Source of the DNA: Psammoneis japonica
Taxonomy: Eukaryota
Length of the DNA stretch: 64,000 nt
Direction: 5' to 3'
Assembly: GCA_008632985.1 (NCBI GenBank)
Contig: QPGO01000168.1
Location: 62,001-126,000, forward strand
Shown: in pieces, positions 24,517-36,012 of the stretch
How positions within the stretch are numbered: position 1 is the first letter of the stretch
Layout of the letters: each line of letters begins with the position of its first letter
Position numbers and translations under genes: made by a program
The notes under the pieces: model-generated
Seen by the model: only the letters and a program-made list of their open reading frames with translations
What the model was told of the DNA's origin: nothing
The model's database searches: none

Positions 24517-24960
24517 ATGGGAGGCATTGAATTTACAGACGAAGAAGGTAAAGAACGAAGCGTCTGTCTTGAGGGTGGTTGCATACCGTTTGGTGATGAT
24601 TCCGACGTGGAAGCTTTTTACAGGTGGGTGAAAACTCCTCAAGGCAAGGAGTACTTTGGCGAAGAAGAGGATGAAGACACTCATTATCTGGAGAAGAGTT
24701 ACGATGAATTTGGCGATGAAGACGACGACTATGCTGACTATAGTTGCTACGAAAAATGCCGCTATGGATGTTACAAGCAGTTTCAGTACTCGGGAGAGCA
24801 TGATTGCAGCGTCTGCGGAGTTATTTCCTGCAAGCGTTGTGCCGACGGCAGCGGCAAAGTTTGTGAGGACTGCAAGGCGTGGATTTGTGGAAATCACAAG
24901 ACAAAAGTTTGTCCGGAGTGTCAGGCGGAGAAGCATAAGGACAAGAAAATGAAGGTATAA
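24517..24960 (+). CDS. Small acidic protein with C-terminal Cys-rich (CxxC) putative zinc-binding region
   Basis: 147-aa ATG-TAA ORF with normal Tyr usage. Repeated CxxC pairs (CSVC, CKRC, CEDC, CGNH, CPEC). It sits in a TA-retaining island. Confidence 0.65.
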   Translation: MGGIEFTDEEGKERSVCLEGGCIPFGDDSDVEAFYRWVKTPQGKEYFGEEEDEDTHYLEKSYDEFGDEDDDYADYSCYEKCRYGCYKQFQYSGEHDCSVCGVISCKRCADGSGKVCEDCKAWICGNHKTKVCPECQAEKHKDKKMKV

Positions 24961-25499
24961 AAATGAAGGTATGTGGTAAACAGTCGATGTCACTGACGAG
25001 TGGGTTCGAATTACGTCAGGTCACTTCGAAAACTCCATTTTTTATTTGCTGTAGAAAAAAAAGAGAGAGCGATAAGAACAATTAGGAACAAATTCTTAGC
25101 GGCAGGACAAGGTGTAAATTCAGATTCGCTGCTACTGTAGGAAGGGCATTATTGCTGGCTTTCTTTACCCTCTGCATTTTATTTCTTAAGAGTAGTTAGC
25201 ACCCGCATCGTACGCGCAGACTGTGAATTGCAGAGCAGTGTCATAATATGATGCCCTTTCCTCATCTCTTTCTAACGAGAAGCTTCTCTATTTCAGTAAG
25301 GAACGGACGTCTATCAGACTCATGGCAATCCCAACGAGTGAGTTTGCAGTGAACGATGTTGTCACAAGTTGTTTCGGAAACGATTTCTGCAACCAGTGGT
25401 TTGAATTGAAAGTCCCTCCAAAATTGGGGATTGGCAATTTGGTGTTGCCACTGATTGAAGTTCATCAAATGAATGCATTTTAACTTTCTTGTTCTGGCT

Positions 25500-26330
25500 T
25501 GTGCAACATGAACAGACAAGCCGGAGATGGGACTCCTTGCTTGTCTATGACATTGAGATGCCATGCACCAGGTGCTGCTGCACTCTGATCTGGCAACGAA
25601 ACAGGGATCGCCGTCCCATTTGAAGCACAGGCAAGATTGAGCCACCGTGCATTGCCATTGCAGGCTTGGTGGCCATCACCTTTTCAATGTCCAATGAACC
25701 ACCGCTGACAGTAATTGAAAAAGACATGCCAGATGCAAGAGTGCTGTGGGACAGGTGTCAATCGTTGGATGGGTCGCCAGATTTCCCGGCTGTGCGTCAA
25801 ACAAGCAGCTGCGGTGTCAGACCTGGCATTTGGAAAGGTGAGAAGTCCTGGTGCTCCTCCACCCCCCAAAAAAACGAGCTGTTGGGCATGATGAGTCCAG
25901 AAGAATGACAAAGGCATGGAACATCTTGTGGTGGACCCTTGGTCACGGCGTTTGTAACAGGATCCCATGCTTCAACATGTCTTGCATGGTGTTGACAAGC
26001 ACAGTCACCAGAACCTTGATCTTTGCCGTTCCAAACTCTGGAACCACCATTGATCATGACTCGACCATCCAGAAGTGTCGTCATGGCAGCGTCAATCCGC
26101 AGTGTTGACAGAGGCGCTTTCGGGGCAAAGGTCGAGTTGGAGGCATCGGCGACATTCCACGACCATGTCGTTCCATCTTCGGCATCCATCACAGCAACTT
26201 GATCTACATTGCACACAATGGAAGGAGCCAGCTTGTGGCCCTTGAATGGCTGAGTTCCAACCTTTTCAATCGGTCCATCTCCTTGCGCTCCCACAAGACA
26301 AATCTCGTCGTCATGTTCGTCCACAATCAT
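25500..26330 (-). pseudogene. Galactose oxidase/glyoxal oxidase-like (AA5 copper radical oxidase) C-terminal relic
   Basis: TTLLDGRVMINGG, VEAWDPVTN, CHSSGLIMPN (family consensus YHSxxxLLPDG) and APGAWHLNVIDKQGVPS (C-terminal Ig-like domain) are spread over several frames. Confidence 0.65.
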
Positions 26331-29300
26331 GACAAGAATCTCTCCTTTTCAAGTGGTGCACTGGGAATGCCAAGCACAAGTTAGAGAATGCAAACGATGT
26401 TCCCTTGGGATTTGCACTGGAAAACTTGACTCTCACAGTGCCCGCCAGATGTGGGACACAAAGTGTTTTTTTCATGAAAAGGGAGGGCATTCACACAGTG
26501 GTTGTCTTGTCAGGTTGCCATTGGCGGTGCAGCATAGAATCTTGCTCAACTGGCAAAAAAAGAGCACACTGCATTGATTTTGTTTGGTCTGGTTCGCCAT
26601 GTCCAACTGAGTGAATGCGATGCATTTGAGATGCTGGAAAAAAGATCCAACGAGAGTCTCCCACAGCACAAAAATTGAAAATGACCACTGCAAAGAAGGA
26701 GAGGCTGCCATGTGCACAGCAAGAGCAGCACCAGAGCCATCACCACTCCTTGGCTTTTCTGGAAATAAATTCAAACATGCAGCAGACCATTTGCATGAAA
26801 TTGTTGTTGCATCAAGAAACAAGGAATCCTTTCTGTGCAATTTCAGGCAAGAAGCAAACAAAACATTGAAGTCACTCAAGGACATGACTTGCCTTGTGTG
26901 CAACTTTCAGGTGCTTCTCAATTCATTGGAGAACATGTGGCACTTGGATTGCAGTCATTGTTTTGCTCAAAATGAAAAACAACTGCCATGATGCTTGAGA
27001 AGACATTCCCAGAAAGATTGCACAACTTGGTCAAGACATGTTTTCACAACCATGTTGCTGTGTCCAAGAGGATTGGCACAAGCACTGCAAAGCACCCAAT
27101 CAATGGAATGACATCTCTTGGCTTGCTGGCACATGCGCGCAGCAGTTCCTGGCAAATGGGGCTCCATCTCTCAAGCTGTTTTTGCTGGAACTGTTGTGTT
27201 GTAGATGCCTCACAGAAAGCATCTCAGAGAAGTTTGTGAAGCTTCCACCTGCCAGCAAGAGCAGGGTGTGAGATGTGGCTGTGGACAATGGCCCATCTTT
27301 TGACAACTTTGAAAATCAGGCACTGCCCCAAGCCCGCCATCCAATGCTGGGTGGTGCCAAAGGATCAACAACTCAACTCATCTTTGCAAAGACACCCTCC
27401 TTTGTCTGTCTTGGATGCCATCCAGCCCTGTCCAAGTCCATGTGACAAAATGTGCCCTTTTCATCAACCACAACTTGAGAGTCTTTCATCAAATTGAGGT
27501 GCTCATGGACCATGCCATCTGGCCTTTTCAATTCCTCTTTGATTCACTTCAAAATGATTTTGGGTTCGCAATCATGGGACAAATGCACCAAAGCTGCATT
27601 TGGCATGCTCAAAGTTGCAACAATGAGCTGCCACCAACAAGCTTGGTTCTGGGATGCATCTCATCTTTTGTGTGATCACAACTGGGTTGCCCCAAAAAAT
27701 TGATGACATTGGCTTGCAAACAGCTTCTCTTGGGGGTTGACAAACACAGTCAATCAGCACAGAGAGCTGCTCTTCTTGGGTTGGGTTCACCTTGTGGGGC
27801 CGCTCCATTCCCAACTTTTCAATGCCACAATTTGTGTTCAACACCTCTTCAAGGCAACATGCCATTTCCATGGTTGAATGGAATTTTTCCATTGCTGCCA
27901 GATGTCTGTTGATTGATTGGTGGACAAATGACAGCAGCATTTGTGCTTGCCACAGTTGCTTCTGCCAGTGCTTCAATCCATGTCCAACCATGGACACAAC
28001 CCACTCATGACTGTTTGTGTGCTTTTGATTTTGGCTTGAAGATTTGACTCATGTGCTTGCAGTTTGACATTTTTCTTTAGAACATCATTTGTCTCATTGG
28101 CGTTCTCCATCTGTTTTGCAGCTTGACTGCCATGATGACATAACTCATCAAAACCATTTTTGTTGCTGAGAATCAGTGTTCATTCATGTCCATGCAAATG
28201 AAGGTGCACAGGGAGAGACAAAGAGCCAAACTCTTGATGAGCAGAATGAAGCAACAACTCAACAGACCACCTTCATCTTTGGCTTTGTGCTTTGCCATGC
28301 ACCACTGTCCTTGGTCTAATTGGTGAGATGAACAAAGGATGAGAAGATGAGACAAAACAACAAATTTGTTGTTGGCCATTGTTGGTCATCACCAATCTGA
28401 CCTGCCATGCTCACACACACCTCTTGCAAGGACCAGGCAGCCATTGTCTGTGCATCATCTGTTGCCTCTCATCTCACGGCATCCTGACTTGTGTGATGGC
28501 AGCACTCGTGCAGAAACAGGCTGCATCAACCATGCCAACATGCCTCATCTTGGAAGTGTGAAATGTCATTGTGCAAAGCACGCTCCTCCTCCGATGCAGT
28601 CTGACTTGAGAGGACCTGCTGAAAGAGCAGGCAGCCACATGCTCAAAAAGAAAGCGGTGCTGAAAACCTGCCAAGGTGGGTGCTTTTTTTGCTGAAAAGG
28701 CAGATGGGAAAGGGGGTTGCCTGTCACCCAGCACCACCCACAAAAACCACTTTTGGGACAATTTTCTGCTGCTGGGCTTGGCTTTTTTTGCCAAACCACA
28801 GTTTCCTTTTTGCTGTGGGTCCTGCCGCTGAAGTGCAGTGGGCACATGATGCATGCATGAAATGGCATCCCTGTGGTGACTCTGTGGCTGCTGTTTTCTC
28901 AACATCACCTTCAAGAGCCACAGCAGCCAACAGCACATTGCATCTCTTGAACTCATGTGCAGGAGAATTGGCATGAAGTGAGAGTGTGACAGGCTTGTTG
29001 TTGACTTGTGTGGTTGAAAAGCAACAGGCAAACATTTTGACATTTCAGCTGTTTTCTCTTGAGCAGTGGACTTCAAAGCACAGAAAAGCACACGTGCGTG
29101 TGATGTTGGCTGCACTCTGTTAAAGTGTGCAAGCACCGTGGTGAGTTTGTTGTCATTGAAGAAGCACACTGCATTCATGGCAGTGATTGTCTCATTGCAT
29201 TTTGACAAGTCATGGAAAATTTGGAACTCCAAATGTTTGTGGTTGCAGCTGTGCAAACAGGTGTGAGTTCTCAATCTTCCAGAGGTTGTCAAACACAGCC

Positions 29301-29797
29301 TTCATTGGTTTTTGCACATGACATTGAAATGAGTGAATGAAGCATTTGCGCTGACCATGAAGAAGGGCAATGTGCATCAGCACGCATGCACAAACACTGG
29401 GGGGCTGCTGCCCCAGCAAAAAAAAATTGATGCTCAGCAAAAAAAAACAGGCACAGCTCTGTTGGGCACAACAAAGGGAGTCATTGCAACATGTGCCAGC
29501 ATTGCCAGAGGGCTCATGCACACACACACCACACCACCGCTGCTCTTGTGCACTGCATTGTTTTGTTTTGTTTTGTTTTGTTTTGCAGACTCTCTGCCAC
29601 ACCCAGCAAAACACTGCTGGCAGCCACCCAGTTTGAAGTCTCTCTGCCAAATGCAGCATGACAGCCATGGGAGGTGCCTCCTTGCACCTTTTAGTCTCAG
29701 TTGGTGGCAACCAAGTTGAGCAAGTTGAAGAAAAAGAAGCCTGGGCAAGAAGCCTTCTTTTCAGCCAGCGCCGCCAGAAGAAAAGAAGGAGTCAGTC

Positions 29798-30073
29798 TGA
29801 CAGGATTTGAACAGGATTCAGGTGCGCGCGAAATGTCGCGTGCTGTTTAGTTTGTAGCGCACAGTTTTGTGTGCTTTGGTTCCGCGCGTTCGCGCGCGAT
29901 GCAGTTTGCTTTCGAGCCACAAGGCTCACAAGAATGACAACAGCAGCCCGATCACACTGACTTGCACGTCTTTCGGCTCCTGTGACGGTCTCTGAGCGGA
30001 GACTCATCTGCCATTTAGACAGCAGCAAGGAGTTGTTGTTTGAATTCTTGCCATTTGCCTTCAATTTCTGTCA
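29798..30073 (+). repeat. 5' LTR
   Basis: Ungapped alignment to 36013-36288 with 23 mismatches in 276 bp (manual count). Confidence 0.97.
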
Positions 30074-31030
30074 GATTGACAGTCTTGCTCATTGTCAACC
30101 CATTGAGCAATCGCCATCATCGTCGTTGATTTGCCGACGACGCCACTTCAATTCTGCGTGGACCTCCGTGTGTGTTCTACGCACATCGGCAAGTCCACGC
30201 GCATTCAATGCCAGGCATCGGCAGGAAGTTAACGTCACCGTCAAGTCTCCTCACCGCTGGACATCTGGATTGATTGTGCCACCTTTTGTCGCTGAAGACA
30301 TGCATTCAACGGCCACATCCAATTCCACCCTTGATCCTCATCCCTTGACACACCCATTCAACGGTTAACAGTCAAGAACCCTGCATGTTCAAGGATCTTC
30401 GTCGCTGCAGACATGTGTGCACACAAATCTTCACGGCCAAGAACTTGAACCCACTCTTCGGACTGCGGCTTTGCCACCACTCTACAAGCACGCCAAGTCT
30501 GTTGTGCCTCATCTACCCCAGACCACTGGTGCTCTGCAGTTCTGCCAGGTCCACGAGGACGACTGTGAGAGCAAGCAGCCGTGATCACAGCCTGCGTTGG
30601 GGCGAGGGTGTTTTTCCCACGTTTGTTCGTTCGTCCGTCCACAGCGCCTGACGCCTGCGTCAACTGGCCAGCCTGATCGGGAAATCCAACCAACATAAAA
30701 TGAGAGCGGTTCGGGGGTCTTGTCCACCTCTAGTCAGCTCACCTGCAGGGGTTTACAACCCGCCACTCCGCTCGCAAGCAACCCAAAGTGCCACCAGCTG
30801 CGGGTTCGGACGTGCCGGCACAACTCCACGGACCAGATGGGAAGTTTGGCACTTGACAACGAATGGGATGACACAACCCGGCGACTTCTGATTTTAAGAC
30901 ATTCAAGATTTCAAGTCAAGTCCATTTCAAGTCAAGTCCATTTCCAAGTCAAGTCCATTGTCACCCAAGTTTCAAGTCCACCTTCGCGTCCCAACAAGAA
31001 TCGCCTGTCCTGACACCGCTTTTGTCTGCC

Positions 31031-34000
31031 ATGGTTCTCACTCGTCAGCAACAAGCTCCAGTTGGTCTGTGCATTGTCAAAGCACACGAAGGTCTTGATG
31101 TTGCCAATGACTCCTCATTGTTCACGCATGAGGAGTTCCTTGCCTGCTGCCTCAGCCCCGACCACATGTCGTCTGTGTCTGTCGGAAGCTCACCCCTCGC
31201 ACCTCCGCATGTCACCAACCCGACCAAGGCACGCGACCCGGTGCGAGACTTCAAGCAAGGTGTCAAGCGTGACCCCACTGCTTTCACGGCTCTCAAATCT
31301 GACAAGCAGTGGCACACTTGGCACACCTCACTTGTGGCACAAGCCCGTGCCCAAGACGTCGAGTGTGCTCTAGACTCGTCGTACAAACCGACCAGCCCCG
31401 AAGACAAACTGCTCTTTGCTGAACAGCAAAAGCACGTGTTCGCCATCTTCAAACGCATCCTTCTCACCGACAAGGGCAAGGCTCTCATTCGCGAAAATGT
31501 GGGGTCTTCTGATGCCCAGACCATCTGCCGCGCCTTGTCCGAGCATGCGCTCGCCTCCACCTGCACATCTGTCGAGTCCTCCACCCTGCTCACGTGCCTC
31601 ACCACCGCACGTCTTGGTGATGGCACTTGGAAAGGTCCGACCCACGGGTTCATGCTTCATTGGCAGGATCGGTTGCGCAAGTGCAAGGCACTCATCCCGG
31701 CCAGCGACCACTTCTCTGAAGGACAGAAGCGCGTCATGCTCAAGAATGCCGCACATCCTGTCGAGGAACTCCGCGCCGTCAAGAACCAAGCTGATCAGCA
31801 TCGCACGCAGAGTGGCAAGAGCCTCACACACGATCAACATTGTGGCTTGCTCCTCTCCGCGGCGGCTCAATGCGACAGTGCGTTTCAACCCAAGACGACA
31901 CCTCGAGCTCCCCGACGCGCCATGTGCGCACACGACGTCTGCTCCGAGGAACCATCCGATGATGTGTTCCATGACATCGACAGCGACATTGACGTCCTTC
32001 AGGCTAACGCTGCCTGCACCCGCGGTCCCAGCCTCGCCGGTGACCAATGGAAACGTCTCCCTCCCGACCACCAACGGATTTGGAATTCGTTGCCCCATTC
32101 CTCCAAGGCAATCATCCTTGAGCATTCTCGTCCGCCTCCCCGCAACCCGCGAGCCAGCAACTGCCATGAGTCCGTTGCGGTCAACCTTCACGACCAACGA
32201 CTTGGGAGTGATGGTGATGTCAACTTGTCCAACACGACTCCTGCTGACTCTGGTGACCCCACTCCAAATGTGGATGCCACTTCAGACAATCCCATTCTGG
32301 CGCACCTCACCAAGTGCACGCCACTGCCACCCGGTGATCTGCAATGCCTGTTGTCTCCTTGCCAAGCCCCCAACGCCAGTCGACCGGGCCCATCCGCTGC
32401 TCCCTCTGCCTCGCCTGCTGCTCCAGATGACACAGAACTCAACGGCCGCACTTGCCGCCGCGTCAACAACCACAATGTCATTTGCTCTGCCTCCGCTCAT
32501 CGCTCCACACACACTGGTGCTCTAGTCGATCGTGGAGCCAACGGCGGCATTGCTGGTGACGACGTTCGTGTCATTGCACGCACCTCTCGCCAAGTCGATG
32601 TTCAGGGCATTGACGACCATCAATTGGTGGACATCCCCATTGTCACCGCTGGTGCCGTCATTGAGACACAGCGTGGTCCCGTCCTTGCCATCCTCCATCA
32701 CTCCTGATGGCTGTGTCACCCCAATTGACATCAAGGGTGGCCTGCCTCATGTTGCCATGCGGCCCTGCACTGACGACAAATGGGACGCCCTGCCACATGT
32801 CATCCTTGCTGGTGATGACACATGGGATCCTTCCGTCCTCGATCACTCTGTCACTGACGACGACCAGTGGTGCAGACGCGATCTCTGACCCACAGGATGA
32901 TCCCACTGCCAACCCATTTGATGAACACGGCAACTGCCGTCACCGTGTTGTTGTCAACAAGGCCATCATGTCCGCCTCCTTGTCTGCCGACACCCCTGCT
33001 GTCGACTCTGGTTGCACCAGTGCCCAACTGTTTGTTGGCACGGAGTCTGCTGTCACTGACGTCTGCGGCACCAAAACGGACAAAGAGTTTGTCAACACAC
33101 TCAAGGATCAGATCCGTGAGCGTGGTGCTCCATCCAAACTCATTGGCGACCATGCTCAAGTTGAGATCAGCAACAAGGTGCTCGGGATTCTACGAGCCTT
33201 GTTTGTCTCCAGCTGGCAAAGCGAGCCTCACCAGCAACACCAAACCTTTGCAGAACGTCGACACCAGACCGTGAAGCGCGTGGCGAACACCGTCATGGAC
33301 CGTTTCGGTTCGCCTGCCCACACATGGCTGCTGGCGCTCATGTGCGTGTGCTTCATGCTCAACCACACAGCGTCCCCACGTCTCCATTGGCGCACGCCCC
33401 TCGAGACTCTCACTGGCTCCACCCCGGACATCAGCCCATTGCTTCGCTTTCACTGGTGGGAACCCGTGTGCTTCCACCTCGATGACTCCGATTGGCCATC
33501 CGAATCCCATGAGTTGCGTGGGCGTTTTGTTGGCATTGCTGAGCACGTCGGCCACCAGATGACCTTCAAGATTCTCTCTGACGAGACTCAGAAGATCCTC
33601 TGCCGGTCCAACACACGATCCGCTGCCACTGATCCTGCCGCTTGAAACCTGCGTCTTGATCCTCCTGATGGGGAGCCACCTGAACCCATCATCAAATCTT
33701 GCCATGATGACAACCCCGTCGATTCACCTGGTGGGGAGATCAGGACACCCAAGATGCCAGTTTTTGATCCACAAGACATCATCGGACGCACCTTCCTCAT
33801 GCAGCCACAAGAGGACGGACAACGCCACAGAGCTCGCATCGTCAAGGCCGTTGAAGATCATGAATGGAAAGTGAGCGGCAACCCCGAGCTCACCAAGTTC
33901 ATCTGCTCTGTCAACAATGACGAATGCAAGGAAGTCCTGGCCTGCAATGACATCATGAATCGCATTGAGCAAGAAGACAAAGACACTGCTGTTTGGAAAT

Positions 34001-35960
34001 TTCGACGCATTGTGTCACACGAAGGACCTCTGAAGCCTCATGACCCAACCTGGAAAGGCTCAAGCTACAACATCATGCTTGAATGGGAAAGTGGGGAGAT
34101 CACGTCCGAGCCTCTTGCCATCATCGCCAAGGACGACCCTGTCACCTGCGCCATCTGTGCACGAGAGAATGGACTTCTCGACACTGATGGCTGGAAGTGG
34201 TTCCGCACCATCGCGAGGTGCCAGAAGAAGCTATTTCGCATGGCCAACCAAGCCAAGCTTCGCTCCTTCCGCACTGCACCTCGCTGCAAGTGCGGATGTG
34301 AAGTCCCCCGGAACTGCAAACATGCCATGTCACCAGATGAACGCAACGGCAACCGCAAATGGGGAGATGCAACTAATCTCGAGATGGACCAACTCAATGA
34401 GTGCAAAGTCTTTCATGACTGTGGGCACTCCGAGTCTTCCACTCCTCCTGTGGGACACAAGAAGATCCGAGTGCACCCAGTGCACGACGTGAAACACGAC
34501 GGCCGCCACAAGGCACGACTCGCAGCCGATGGGCACCTCACGGACGTGCCCATCGACAGTGTCTGCTCCGAAGCAGTCTCCCTCCGTGGCCTTTGGTTGA
34601 TGATTTTCCTGGCCGAACTCAACGAGTTGGAGACATGGGCCGCTGACATTGGCAATGCCTGCCTTGAAGCCACCGCCAAGGAGAAGCTGCACATTGCAGC
34701 TGGACCCAAATTTGGCAAACTCAAAGGCCACATTCTTGTCATCCACAAGGCCCTGCATGGACTGCGCAGCTCCGGCCTCCGCTGGCACGAGCGCTTCGCC
34801 GACTGCCTGCAAGCTGAAGGTTTCTTCCCCTGCCGTGCCGAACCCGACATTTGGATGCACAGGAACGGCGACCACTACGAACACATTGCCGTTTGTGTGG
34901 ATGACCTCGCCATTGCCATGAAGGACCCTCAATCTTTCGTCGACACTCTCACAGAAAAGCACAAGTTCAAGCTCAAGGGTGCGGGACCGATTGAGTTCCA
35001 TCTGGGCTGTGACTTTTCCCGGGACCCTGACGGCACCTTGTGCCTGTCTCCGCGCAAGTGCATCGAACGCATGGTCGACAGCTGCACACGACTGTTTGGG
35101 GAGAAACCTGCCACCAATGCCCTGTCACCTCTGGAGAAGGATGACCACCCCGAACTGGACACTTCTGAACTGCTGGGGCCCAATGGCATTCAACAGTTCC
35201 AGTCTCTTGTTGGTTCTCTCCAATGGGCAGTGTCCCTTGGTCGAATTGACATTGCCACGGCCGTCATGTCACTCTCTAGCTTCCGAGCTGCGCCCCGTCA
35301 AGGCCACTTGGATCGTGCCAAACGCGTCTGTGGGCACCTCTCCAAGATGCGACACGGCGCTCTCCGCGTTTGCACGGAAGAGCCCGACTGTTCGGATCTC
35401 CCTGCTCTGGCCTGTGAATGGATGCATTCCGTGTGCGGCAAAACAGAAGAGATGATCCCGAAGGACGCTCCACCGCCCCTTGGCAAGTTCGTCACTGCCA
35501 CCCACTGCGTCGATGCAAACTTGCACCATTGCATGCTCACCGGATGCTCTGTCATGGGAATGCTCCACTTCCTCAACAAATTCCCGGCTGATTGGTTCTC
35601 TAAGAAGCAAGCCACCGTTGAGACTGTGACCTGCGGGTCTGAATTTGTTGCCGCAAGGACTTGTGTCAGCAGATTGTCAACCTGCGCATCACCCTGCGCT
35701 GCCTCGGCATCCCGATCCGTGACACCAGTCACATGTTCGGTGACAACAAGTTGGTTGTAGACAGTGCCACCATCCCGCACTCCAAGTTACACAAGTGACA
35801 CACCGCACTGTCGTTCCACCGTGTGCATGAGGCAATTGCCTCTGGTTGCCTTGAGCTCCACTTCATCGAAGGCTCCCGCAACCCTGCTGACATTCTCAGC
35901 AAGCATTGGGGTCACTCCCAAGTCTGGGACCTTCCCTGCCCCCTCATGTTCTGGAACTTC
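31031..35960 (+). pseudogene. copia gag-pol (disrupted)
   Basis: Start MVLTRQQ; protease ALVDRGANGG; integrase GAPSKLIGDHAQVEIS and SEPHQQHQTFAERR; RT DIGNACLEA, KALHGLRSSG, AVCVDD; RNase H CVDANL, GSEFVAART, MFGDN, NPADILSK. Contains frameshifts, deletions and TGA stops. Confidence 0.95.
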
Positions 35961-36012
35961 ATTCCATCCGAAGTCGAATCTGTTTCTGTGACTCCTCAAA
36001 CAAACTGGGGAG

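Noticed and set aside
26400..29700. Possible non-LTR (LINE) retrotransposon relic on the minus strand
   Set aside because: Only faint motif hints (GLGQG, QVMSLSD); too degenerate to support without an HMM search.
31031..35960. Alternative genetic code (TGY/CAY read as Tyr)
   Set aside because: Neighbouring host genes use TAY for Tyr and standard stops. TA is also missing from non-coding repeat DNA and across codon boundaries.
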